This document shows positions 46,319 through 57,407 of a DNA stretch of 64,000 bases, in pieces. This stretch comes from Lawsonibacter sp. (GTDB taxonomy: Bacteria; Bacillota; Clostridia; Oscillospirales; Oscillospiraceae). Position numbers and translations under genes: made by a program. Each line of letters opens with the position of its first letter. Within the stretch, counting starts at the first letter, position 1. The DNA is taken from positions 86-64,085 of the forward strand of contig JAYCWP010000023.1 in NCBI GenBank assembly GCA_037257225.1, read 5' to 3'. The notes under the pieces were generated by a model that saw nothing but the letters and a program-made list of their open reading frames with translations, had not been told where the DNA came from and ran no database searches.

Positions 46319-46331
46319 ATTATGATAAAAT
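46304..46331 (+). promoter_or_regulatory. promoter of the T-box leader
   Basis: TTGACA (46304-46309), a 16-nt spacer, then TAAAAT (46326-46331) with TGa extended -10. It overlaps the 3' end of the TetR gene. Confidence 0.6.
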
Positions 46332-46339
46332 ATCTCTGT

Positions 46340-46583
46340 TAAACGTGTAGATGGAGCAAATTGCCGCAAGCGGCCCGCAGCGAGGGGGAATGGTGAGAGC
46401 CCCTGGCAGGCGAACGGCATAGGCCACTCCTGAGCGGCCCGGGACGACCGGGACGGTTCATCCCCGTTACCTAGGATGACAATGAGGGATCCCCTCCGGG
46501 GATCATCAGGGTGGTACCGTGGAAGAAGTTCTTTCACCCCTGAGCTGGCTCCCGCATCTGGGACCAGTTCAGGGGTGTTTTTT
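46340..46583 (+). promoter_or_regulatory. T-box riboswitch leader, specifier read as GCC (Ala)
   Basis: T-box core AGGGTGGTACCGTGG (46508-46522). Stem I features: GGTGAGAG distal-type element and K-turn-like GATGGAG.../...CTCCTGAGC. The codon GCC (46423-46425) plus A lies directly 5' of the closing CTCC. The terminator is 46535-46548/46564-46577 plus T6. Confidence 0.8.
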
Positions 46584-46606
46584 GTAGTAAGGAGGTCTGT
46601 GCAGCA

Positions 46607-47401
46607 ATGAAACAATATGTGGTAGATGCCTTTGCCGACCGGATCTTTGAAGGAAATCCGGCCGCAGTGTGTCTGCCGTGTACTTGGCCCAGCGACCAGC
46701 AGATGCTGGCCATCGCCCGAGAGAACCAGCTGCCAGAGACTGCCTTTGCTGTCCATGAGGGACCGGATTGGCATCTGCGGTGGTTTGCCCCCACTGGTGA
46801 AGTATCTCTGTGCGGGCACGCCACCTTGGCGGCTGCCTATGCAATCTGCCGATTTGCAGAGCCAGAGTCAGAGAAACTCCTCTTTCAGACGCTCAGTGGT
46901 CCCCTCACCGTCCGCAGACAGGGAGAGCTGTTTGAACTGGATTTCCCCGTCTACTCCCTCAAGCAACTGGAGGTCACCGACCAGATCACTGACGCCCTGG
47001 GGGCCCGTCCCCGGGAGGTGTGGCGGGCACGGGACCTGGTATGCATCTTTGACGATCCCCGCACGGTGATGGAACTGGAGCCCGACCTGGACAAGGTGAA
47101 AGCGCTGAAAGGTGCCCTGATGCAGGTCACCGCCCCTGGCACAGGAACAGAGTACGACTGTGTTTCCCGCACCTTCGCCCCCAAGATGGGGCTTCCCGAG
47201 GACCCGGTGTGCGGCTCTGGCCACTGCCACATCGTCCCCTACTGGGCAGAGCGGCTGGGAAAGCAGGAATTAACCGCCCGCCAAGCCTCCCCCCGGGGCG
47301 GCACATTGTACTGCCGCCTAGAAGGAGACCGAGTCCTGATGGCTGGTCGGGCTGCTCTGTTTTCCGTTGCAGAGCTGATGCTGGAAGGAGGAGAACCATG
47401 A
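46607..47401 (+). CDS. PhzF family isomerase-like protein
   Basis: MKQYVVDAFADRIFEGNPAAV...NQLPETAF...LRWFAPTGEVSLCGHATLAAA... is the PhzF/YddE family pattern. AAGGAGG RBS. Confidence 0.85.
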   Translation: MKQYVVDAFADRIFEGNPAAVCLPCTWPSDQQMLAIARENQLPETAFAVHEGPDWHLRWFAPTGEVSLCGHATLAAAYAICRFAEPESEKLLFQTLSGPLTVRRQGELFELDFPVYSLKQLEVTDQITDALGARPREVWRARDLVCIFDDPRTVMELEPDLDKVKALKGALMQVTAPGTGTEYDCVSRTFAPKMGLPEDPVCGSGHCHIVPYWAERLGKQELTARQASPRGGTLYCRLEGDRVLMAGRAALFSVAELMLEGGEP

Positions 47402-47811
47402 GCAAAAAACGATGGATCGCAGCTGTGGCTGCCAGTCTATGTGTGCTGACGCTGGCAAGCTGCAAAGGAAAACCTCTCCCAGATGGGATGGAGGAGGATG
47501 CCGTGCTCGCCGCCGGCGAGGAGATTGTACAGCAGCTGACTGACGGGGATTACTCCGCCGTACTGGCGCAGTTCCGCTCAGATATCCAGGAGGGACTGAC
47601 TGCCGAGCAGATCCAAACCCAGGTAGAAACTGCCACACAGAAGGCAGGTCAGTACCGCAAATTGGACGACACCTTGGTCACCGGAAGTCAAGAGCCTGAG
47701 CCCCACGGCATCGCTGTCATCTACTGTAAATACACCAAGGACAGCGTCATGTTCCGGGTAGCCTTTGATCCGGAGATGGAGTTGATCGGCCTGGAGGTTT
47801 CCAAACGCTGA
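47398..47811 (+). CDS. lipoprotein, DUF3887-like
   Basis: Lipobox LTLASC in MSKKRWIAAVAASLCVLTLASCKG. ATGA overlap with the PhzF-like gene. The DUF3887 assignment is tentative. Confidence 0.65.
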   Translation: MSKKRWIAAVAASLCVLTLASCKGKPLPDGMEEDAVLAAGEEIVQQLTDGDYSAVLAQFRSDIQEGLTAEQIQTQVETATQKAGQYRKLDDTLVTGSQEPEPHGIAVIYCKYTKDSVMFRVAFDPEMELIGLEVSKR

Positions 47812-47874
47812 TCTCTGGTATCCACGAGCAATACAAATAGAATTCACATTTCACTTGATATGGAGGTAATACTC

Positions 47875-50550
<2,676 letters not shown>

Positions 50551-50627
50551 AGGACTCTCGCAGACAGCTCGGTACACTTCGTGTCCATCCCGATCTGCCT
50601 CTTTGCAATCCAGCTAGATCACTTCCA

Positions 50628-50670
50628 CAAGGGCGCACTGCAAATCCATTTTGCAGTGCGCCCTTGTTCT
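50628..50670 (+). terminator. terminator after alaS
   Basis: 17-bp stem CAAGGGCGCACTGCAAA/TTTGCAGTGCGCCCTTG. The U-tract is short. Confidence 0.65.
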
Positions 50671-50702
50671 CCAGAAAAATTAAAAAATATGCAATAATAG
50701 GC

Positions 50703-50731
50703 TTGACATTTCTCGCTCTCTCTGCTAAAAT
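50703..50731 (+). promoter_or_regulatory. promoter for tRNA-Ala
   Basis: TTGACA (50703-50708), a 17-nt spacer, then TAAAAT (50726-50731) with TGc extended -10. Confidence 0.65.
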
Positions 50732-50773
50732 AAGCCCTGTTGTTCGCCAAGTTCACCGGCAAATGACAAAGTT

Positions 50774-50849
<76 letters not shown>

Positions 50850-50852
50850 AAA

Positions 50853-50886
50853 ACAGTCGTCTGAACAGACGGCTGTTTTTCTTTTT
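50853..50886 (+). terminator. intrinsic terminator after tRNA-Ala
   Basis: CAGTCGTCT/AGACGGCTG stem followed by TTTTTCTTTTT. Confidence 0.8.
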
Positions 50887-50971
50887 CCGAAATGTTAGAA
50901 GCACAGGCCGAACCGCTGACTTCTTGATGTCTGATTTGCCAGCAGCTGATGCGATTTTTTAATCCCAGAGC

Positions 50972-51027
50972 AATACGGCACGGCAGCGGACACCTCAAAT
51001 ATGAGGCGTCCGCTGCCGTGCCGTATT
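50972..51027. repeat. perfect 20-bp inverted repeat (hairpin)
   Basis: AATACGGCACGGCAGCGGAC (50972-50991), a 16-nt loop, then GTCCGCTGCCGTGCCGTATT (51008-51027). It lies 28 nt beyond the 3' end of the minus-strand pfk paralogue. Confidence 0.85.
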
Positions 51028-51054
51028 TTCTTCATAAAGGGGCAGCTGCCCCGC

Positions 51055-52131
51055 TCAGCCCACGCTGATCCCCATGCGGCGGGCTACCTCCAGCATCCCA
51101 TGTCCCTCCGGGACCAGGCGGCTTTTCCCAGCTACATCCTTCAGCCGGTTTGCACCTACATGGTTGTTCTTCATAGCAACTGTGATGCCGTAGTTCTCGT
51201 CCTCCACCATCTTAGCGGCATAGGAACCAAACTGAGTGGCCAGTACTCGATCATAGGGGCAAGGGCTTCCGCCCCTTTGCATATGTCCAGGGACACAGAT
51301 TCTAGTCTCGATCCCAGTGAGAGCCTCGATCTGTCGGGCAATACGGTTGGTGGCGGTGGTGTATCCCTGCTCCGCCCGTTTTGCCATCCGTTCCTTTCGC
51401 TTCATCCGGGCCTCCTTGGCGTCCACGGCCCCCTCGGCCACTGCCAGGATGGAGAAGTGCTTTCCCTGAGCCGCCCGACGCTCAATGGCAGCACATACAT
51501 TCTCAATGGTATAGGGCAGCTCCGGGATGAGGATGATGTCCGCTCCCCCGGCAATACCGGCATAGAGGGTGAGCCATCCCGCCTTATTGCCCATCAGTTC
51601 CACCACCATGCAGCGGCTGTGGCTGCCAGCGGTGGTGTGGACCCGGTCGATGGCCTCGGTAGCGATTTCCATGGCGGAGTGGAAGCCAAAGGTCACATCG
51701 GTACCGAAGATGTCATTGTCGATGGTCTTGGGCAGTGCAATGATGTTCAGTCCCTCCTCCGCCAGGAGGTTAGCAGTCTTATGGGTGCCATTGCCGCCCA
51801 AACACAGCAGACAATCCAGCTTCATTTCATGATAGTTTTTCTTCATGGAGGCCACTTTGTCCACCTGGTCCTCCTCCACTACCCGCATCAGTTTGAATGG
51901 GGTACGCTTGGTCCCCAGGATAGTTCCGCCTACTGTTAAGATACCGGAGAACTCACGAGGTTCCATCACCCGCCAATCCCCATTGATGAGTCCGGCATAG
52001 CCGTTACTGATGCCGATGAGTTCCACATTTTCCCCCATACGCTGATACAGCGCCTTTGCTACGCCCCGCAGGGTAGCATTCAGCCCCGGACAGTCGCCTC
52101 CTGAGGTCAGAATTCCGACTCGTTTCTTCAT
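51055..52131 (-). CDS. phosphofructokinase-family protein (divergent paralogue)
   Basis: MKKRVGILTSGGDCPGLNATLRGV...PKTIDNDI... It carries GGNGT instead of GGDG and MGNKAGWL instead of MGRHAG. Confidence 0.8.
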   Translation of the reverse strand: MKKRVGILTSGGDCPGLNATLRGVAKALYQRMGENVELIGISNGYAGLINGDWRVMEPREFSGILTVGGTILGTKRTPFKLMRVVEEDQVDKVASMKKNYHEMKLDCLLCLGGNGTHKTANLLAEEGLNIIALPKTIDNDIFGTDVTFGFHSAMEIATEAIDRVHTTAGSHSRCMVVELMGNKAGWLTLYAGIAGGADIILIPELPYTIENVCAAIERRAAQGKHFSILAVAEGAVDAKEARMKRKERMAKRAEQGYTTATNRIARQIEALTGIETRICVPGHMQRGGSPCPYDRVLATQFGSYAAKMVEDENYGITVAMKNNHVGANRLKDVAGKSRLVPEGHGMLEVARRMGISVG

Positions 52132-52161
52132 TCTCTGACTCCTCCTCTCAGTTCTGGCCAG

Positions 52162-53184
52162 TCAATCAATCTGTCCAGCCAGGACCCTTTGATAGTCTGC
52201 ATAGTTTTCCTCCAAAAGCCGGGGCGTATCCAGCCCGTAGGGGCATTTAGACTTGCACTGTCCACAATGGAGGCACTGCTCGATTTGCTTCATCTTCTCC
52301 TGCCACTCCGGCGTCAGCCAGGCCGCGGCGGGAGCCCGGCGGAGCATTAGGCTCATACGGGCACAGTTGTTGATCTCGATCCCTGCCGGACAGGGCATAC
52401 AGTAGCCGCAGCCCCGGCAGAAGTCCCCGGCCAGCTCATCCCGATCCTGGCGGATCAAAGCCTTCTGCTCCTCTGTCATGGTGGGCGGCGTCTGGACACA
52501 GGACAGGAACTGGTCCAGCTCACTCTGGCGCTGTACGCCCCAGATGGGCAGAACCGTGGGGTGCTCCTCCATGAATGCCGCGGCGGTCAGGCCATCCCGG
52601 ATCAGGCCGCCGGCCAACCCCTTCATGGCGATAAAGCCCATATCCGCCGCCCGGCATTTCTCCACCAGCTCCAGCTCCTGGGGGCCGGACAGGTAGCTGA
52701 AGGGGAATTGCAGGGTGTCATACAGCCCGGAGTCGATGGCCTCATGGGCCACTGCCAGGCGGTGATTGGTAATGGAGATGTGGCGGATCTTTCCCTGACG
52801 CTTGGCCTCCAGGGCGGCATCATACAGGCCGTCCGCTCCCCCCGGACGAGGACAGAAGGCGGGGTTATGGAACTGATAGATATCAATGTGATCGGTGCCC
52901 AGAGTGTGCAGACTGGTCTCCAGATCCTTCCAGAACTCCTCCGCCGTCTGTGCGGCGGTTTTCGTGGCCAGGATCACCCGGTCCCACATCCCGGCAAAGG
53001 CGGCGCCCACTTTCTCCTCACTGTCCGAATAGGCCCGGGCTGTGTCAAAGTAGTTCATTCCTCCGTCATAGGCCCGGTGGAGCAGTTCCACCGCCTCTGC
53101 CTTGGAGATCCGCTGGATGGGCAGACAGCCAAATCCCTGCTTCTCCACCACAAGGCCCGTGCGACCCAGTCTCACGCTTCCCAT
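52162..53184 (-). CDS. aldo/keto reductase with C-terminal Fe-S cluster-binding motifs
   Basis: N-terminal AKR pattern (LGRTGLVVEKQGFGCLPIQR...YFDTARAYSDSE). The C-terminus has CRGCGYCMPCPAG and CLHCGQCKSKCPYG (two 4Fe-4S-like CxxCxxCxxxCP motifs). Confidence 0.8.
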   Translation of the reverse strand: MGSVRLGRTGLVVEKQGFGCLPIQRISKAEAVELLHRAYDGGMNYFDTARAYSDSEEKVGAAFAGMWDRVILATKTAAQTAEEFWKDLETSLHTLGTDHIDIYQFHNPAFCPRPGGADGLYDAALEAKRQGKIRHISITNHRLAVAHEAIDSGLYDTLQFPFSYLSGPQELELVEKCRAADMGFIAMKGLAGGLIRDGLTAAAFMEEHPTVLPIWGVQRQSELDQFLSCVQTPPTMTEEQKALIRQDRDELAGDFCRGCGYCMPCPAGIEINNCARMSLMLRRAPAAAWLTPEWQEKMKQIEQCLHCGQCKSKCPYGLDTPRLLEENYADYQRVLAGQID

Positions 53185-53316
53185 ATATGCTCCTCCTCTT
53201 GACGTGCAGCAGCCGTCATCATCTTCTCTCCTTATTAAAAAACGGATCAGCCCTCATGTCAAGAGCTGATCCTTGCTTTTCTATGTTAAATTCTGATGAG
53301 TCATTGGCTCTCCTTT

Positions 53317-53847
53317 CTACCCGGCAGTGACAAACAGCTCATACAATCGGCTGAGCATATCCCAGGTTGCCCGGTCCATCACCCCGGTCTCCTCCAGCTG
53401 GGCCAGGTTCTGGAGCCACAGGGTATTCTGCACCGAGGCATCCCCATGCTGTCCGTCCGCCTCGTCCTCCACGATTCCCTCCAGCCGCTGGCGCAGCAGT
53501 TGGAACATCGTTTGGGGCAGAACCATATACGCCCCCTCTCCACCCGGCTGCATCTGTGCGCCCTCTCCGGGAAAAATACGCAGACTTCTGGGCGGCGCCA
53601 CTTCCCGTTCCAGCGCCATCCATTCCTGCCGAATGGCCTCCCAGGTGCGGCTGTCTACCACTCCGGTTACCGGCGGGGCCAGTTCCCGCTGGAAGAGCAT
53701 CACCGCCTCCAGTGTCTCCTCTCCAAACAATCCATCGGCCGCCAGCTGGGGAAGAAAACCGTACCGTGTTCCCAGACGACGGAGCATATATTGGAGATTC
53801 TGTACCGGATTGGACAGCATCTCCTCCTCAAATTCCTGCGGTGTCAT
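53317..53847 (-). CDS. peptidoglycan-binding (PG_binding_1) domain protein
   Basis: 176 aa with two repeats of the ...DG.FG..T..AV..FQ... pattern (LAADGLFGEETLEAVMLFQRE). Confidence 0.7.
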   Translation of the reverse strand: MTPQEFEEEMLSNPVQNLQYMLRRLGTRYGFLPQLAADGLFGEETLEAVMLFQRELAPPVTGVVDSRTWEAIRQEWMALEREVAPPRSLRIFPGEGAQMQPGGEGAYMVLPQTMFQLLRQRLEGIVEDEADGQHGDASVQNTLWLQNLAQLEETGVMDRATWDMLSRLYELFVTAG

Positions 53848-55064
53848 ACCATATTCACTCCTCTCTGATCGCTGCTCCCCATTCGGAGATCCTCTCCCGG
53901 AAATTGGCCTGCCCGGCTGGTAGTTCCGTATCCTGGCGCCATCACCGGAACACCTTCACTTTGAGGAAAATTGAGGCCATCCCTTCGCAGGTCGCGCTCG
54001 ATACCCGAATATTCTCCATAGATGGAATGCCAAGTCTGGGGTCCCACAATGCCATCAGATAACAGCCCGACATGGGACTGATACTCCCGCACAGCCCTGG
54101 TGGTTGCACCGCCGTAGATACCGTCAATTTGAATCACACTGACTGTTGGTTCAAACTCCGCGACCAGAGCCAGCATATATTGCAACACTGCCACATCTCC
54201 CCCCCTGTCTCCCTGCCGCAGCAGGCCCGGGTACTGAAAGGAAAAACTCTGGAACAGCTGTCCCTCGCTGACCAGCTCAGCCAATTGGGAAATCCCCACA
54301 TAAAGATATACCATCTTATACCAGGTCGCTTTGCCCACCACACCATCTGCTGTCAACCCGAAGGTACTCTGAAAGACCCGGACTGCCTTCTCTGTCTGGG
54401 GATCATAGATGCGGGTGACCGGCCATATCTTTGGGATGGCTGGATAGCTCTGAGAGATACGATTGAGCATATTCTTTGCCACTACTACGGCTTCACCCTG
54501 AGAGCCGAGGCGAAGAGGCGTACCCGGATAGGAACTTCCCATATCCCGAATCGGAGCGTTCTGAACCAACTCAATACCCTCGCCATAATAATGCCGTAGA
54601 ATCTCCATAGGCCCATACCCCTGCTGGGCCAGATCCTGGCTTCCCCACTGGGAAAGTCCGTCACAGGTACTGGTGGTACCGTTGCAGAACTTTGCCGACA
54701 GGGGCTCTACAAAGCCGCTGCGGCGGATATAGTCGTTAAAACTCTCATCCACTGCGCGGCTGATGTTCTCAAAGATGTTACGTCCGCGGATAAACTTCTG
54801 ATCATACGCAGTGGTAGAGGTAATGTCGAAATCATAGCCTCGGCTTGGATAGAATTCTGTGTAGACCCGATTCAGTGCAAAGGAAACAATGGCCAGGATG
54901 TTCGCCTTGATGGCCGCCGGCTCCCAGGTTGGATAGATCTCACTGGAGGCTACATTTTTTACATAGTCCGGGAAAGAAACGGTGACATTTTCCGCCTCCT
55001 CGTCCGGAAGGCCCAGGTGTACAGTAATTGTACTGGGTACAACAGGTGTCACTCGGATGGGCAT
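53844..55064 (-). CDS. SpoIID/LytB-like domain protein with two peptidoglycan-binding repeats
   Basis: N-terminal ...FPDYVKNVASSEIYPTWEPAAIKANILAIVSFALNRV... (SpoIID-like). The C-terminal half has two PG_binding_1-like repeats (TADGVVGKATW..., LSDGIVGPQTW...). Confidence 0.65.
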   Translation of the reverse strand: MPIRVTPVVPSTITVHLGLPDEEAENVTVSFPDYVKNVASSEIYPTWEPAAIKANILAIVSFALNRVYTEFYPSRGYDFDITSTTAYDQKFIRGRNIFENISRAVDESFNDYIRRSGFVEPLSAKFCNGTTSTCDGLSQWGSQDLAQQGYGPMEILRHYYGEGIELVQNAPIRDMGSSYPGTPLRLGSQGEAVVVAKNMLNRISQSYPAIPKIWPVTRIYDPQTEKAVRVFQSTFGLTADGVVGKATWYKMVYLYVGISQLAELVSEGQLFQSFSFQYPGLLRQGDRGGDVAVLQYMLALVAEFEPTVSVIQIDGIYGGATTRAVREYQSHVGLLSDGIVGPQTWHSIYGEYSGIERDLRRDGLNFPQSEGVPVMAPGYGTTSRAGQFPGEDLRMGSSDQRGVNMV

Positions 55065-55072
55065 GACTCACC

Positions 55073-55465
55073 TCACAGGTTCTGCCCGGGGATCTCCCAG
55101 GTCTGATTTTGGATCAAACTGGACTCCCCCTCACTAAGAGGTGCCAGTTCCATCTCCTGAAGCGTATCCACTCCATCAAAAATCTGGACTCCTTCCACCA
55201 GCAGCATGGCATAACCCGGGTGTTCCGCCCACACATCACACACTGCATAAGGGGGCGTCCTATCCCCCGGCCGAGTACTGTCCCCCATAATCGGGGTAGG
55301 GATGTCCACCGGTCGGGTGAATCCGCTTCGGTCTGTTGCTTGAACTGACAGCAGTTGGTACTTCCCTCCCTCTCCCCGCTGAGTAACCACTATCGTGGTG
55401 TCTGACAGAGGCAGCTTCGCCCGGGAGACGTAGACGCGGACCGTCAAGGTCCCTGTTCCATTCAT
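55073..55465 (-). CDS. carboxypeptidase-regulatory-like (Ig-like beta-sandwich) small protein
   Basis: 130 aa. GTLTVRVYVSRAKLPLSDTTIVV... pattern. First gene of a three-gene minus-strand unit. Assignment tentative. Confidence 0.5.
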   Translation of the reverse strand: MNGTGTLTVRVYVSRAKLPLSDTTIVVTQRGEGGKYQLLSVQATDRSGFTRPVDIPTPIMGDSTRPGDRTPPYAVCDVWAEHPGYAMLLVEGVQIFDGVDTLQEMELAPLSEGESSLIQNQTWEIPGQNL

Positions 55466-55604
55466 AGGCTCCTCCTTCCGGCGGGCATATCCCGCCTGCT
55501 TCTGCCTCTATAATATGCCGATTTCTCCCTTGCGGTGAAAAACAGCGTCCCCCGAAGTTATTTCTCCGAGAGACGCTGTCTGAAATAATTTCTATTAACT
55601 TCAC

Positions 55605-56606
55605 TCAGGACCAGGATTCTTCCAACTCCGACCGCTTTGCACGGCCCATTAAATCGATAACCACCAGCTTGGGATCCCGGCCCTCATACAGGACCTCATA
55701 GGCAGCCTGGGAAATTGGCATCTCCACACCGGCCTTCTGGGCTAGGGTCCGGGCGTTGGCAGCGGCGTAGTAGCCTTCTACCACCGCTCCAATCTCCTCC
55801 ATGGCCTGGTCCACCGGCTTGCCCTGGCCGATAAGAATGCCGCACCGGCGGTTGCGGGAATGCATGGAGGTGCAGGTGACGATCAAATCACCCACACCAG
55901 CCAGCCCGGTGAAGGTATCCTTTCGTCCGCCCAGAGCCACTCCCAGACGGGCCATTTCCGCCAGCCCCCGGGTCATCAGCAGCGCCTTGGTGTTATCCCC
56001 GCAGCCCATACCATCGGTACAGCCAGCGCACAGGGCGATGACGTTTTTCAGAGCAGCACAAATCTCGGTTCCAATCCGGTCATCGCTGGTATAGACCCGG
56101 AAGCGCTGATTCATAAACAGATCCTGGACTAACTCAGCATCAGACAGACGGTCGGCGGCGGCCACAACTCCGGTTGGGATGTGCCGCCCCACTTCCTCGG
56201 CATGAGAGGGCCCCGACAGCACCACTACCGGGCACTTGCCCTCCAGTTCCTCCTCAATGACCTGGCTCAAGCGAAGGGAGGTGGACTTCTCAATCCCTTT
56301 CGAGGCGGAAATGACCACAGTTCCAGGGCGGATGAAGTCCCGCAGCTTTGCAGCCGTCTCCCGTACCGCATAGGAAGGCGTGGCCATCAGCACCGCCCCG
56401 CTGTCCGCCACAGCGGAAAGGTCTGCGGTAAAGTGCATCGCCTCCGGCAGGGACACCCCCTTCAGCATGGGATTCTCCCGAGTCCGGTGTAATTCTTCCG
56501 CCTTTTCCTGGCGGTGGGACCACAGAGTCACATCATGTCCGTTTTCAACCAGCAGCAGAGCCAAGGCTGTCCCCCATCCGCCGCTTCCCACTACGGTTAT
56601 TTTCAT
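55605..56606 (-). CDS. gpsA: NAD(P)H-dependent glycerol-3-phosphate dehydrogenase
   Basis: MKITVVGSGGWGTALALLL... ATG 56606 follows GGAGG. The ORF-track start at 56639 was rejected. Confidence 0.93.
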   Translation of the reverse strand: MKITVVGSGGWGTALALLLVENGHDVTLWSHRQEKAEELHRTRENPMLKGVSLPEAMHFTADLSAVADSGAVLMATPSYAVRETAAKLRDFIRPGTVVISASKGIEKSTSLRLSQVIEEELEGKCPVVVLSGPSHAEEVGRHIPTGVVAAADRLSDAELVQDLFMNQRFRVYTSDDRIGTEICAALKNVIALCAGCTDGMGCGDNTKALLMTRGLAEMARLGVALGGRKDTFTGLAGVGDLIVTCTSMHSRNRRCGILIGQGKPVDQAMEEIGAVVEGYYAAANARTLAQKAGVEMPISQAAYEVLYEGRDPKLVVIDLMGRAKRSELEESWS

Positions 56607-56708
56607 TTTGAATAACCTCCCATTTTTCGTACAACCCATGTAGGGCAGGGGACCTGCCCCGCCGTTTGAAGCCGTCTCTCTCCAAGGCAGCGGAGTCTTG
56701 CCCCAGCC

Positions 56709-57404
56709 TTAATGCTCACTTTTTTTGCGATGCAGGGAAAATTTGTTTTCTGTCCCGGACAACAGCCGTTTGATGTTGCTCCGGTGCATATAGACCACCA
56801 GTCCACCAATCACCAGTCCCATCAAAGCGATCACCGGATCTCGATAAACAAACCAAGTGGCCACAGGGAAGGAGGCTCCGGCCCAAATAGAGCCCAGAGA
56901 CACATACTTCGTGGCTACAGCCAGAACGAAGAATCCCCCCCATACTACCAAAGCAATCCGCCAGTCGATCATAATGGCGATGGCTCCGCCGGAAAGAATG
57001 CCTTTGCCCCCCTTGAAGTGGAACATACAGGGAAACATGTGGCCCAGCAGGCACCACAGTCCTGCCCAGTATGTTGTGAGGACAGTGACGGTCACCTCAA
57101 CCTCGTAGCTGCTCAGCATGAGGAGTTGTCCGGAAAGCCAAACACATACCCGGATAGCGATCACAGCCTTTAATACATCAGTCAGAATAACCACAAAGGT
57201 CAGAGGACCGCCGAAAGTACGAAAGAAATTTGTCAGTCCTGCATTACCGCTGCCATGCTTTCGCACATCATCCCGAAGAATATATTTCGAGACAATAACA
57301 GCCCCGTTGAAGCAGCCGCAGAAATAGGAGATCAATGCGGTCGCTAAAGCTGCCAGCCATATACTGGAGTCAAAGGACGTCAGAACAAAAAAGGCGTCTT
57401 CCAT
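56709..57404 (-). CDS. plsY: glycerol-3-phosphate acyltransferase PlsY
   Basis: Membrane protein with ...HGSGNAGLTNFFRTFG... and ...FKGGKG... motifs. Confidence 0.9.
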   Translation of the reverse strand: MEDAFFVLTSFDSSIWLAALATALISYFCGCFNGAVIVSKYILRDDVRKHGSGNAGLTNFFRTFGGPLTFVVILTDVLKAVIAIRVCVWLSGQLLMLSSYEVEVTVTVLTTYWAGLWCLLGHMFPCMFHFKGGKGILSGGAIAIMIDWRIALVVWGGFFVLAVATKYVSLGSIWAGASFPVATWFVYRDPVIALMGLVIGGLVVYMHRSNIKRLLSGTENKFSLHRKKSEH

Positions 57405-57407
57405 ATC

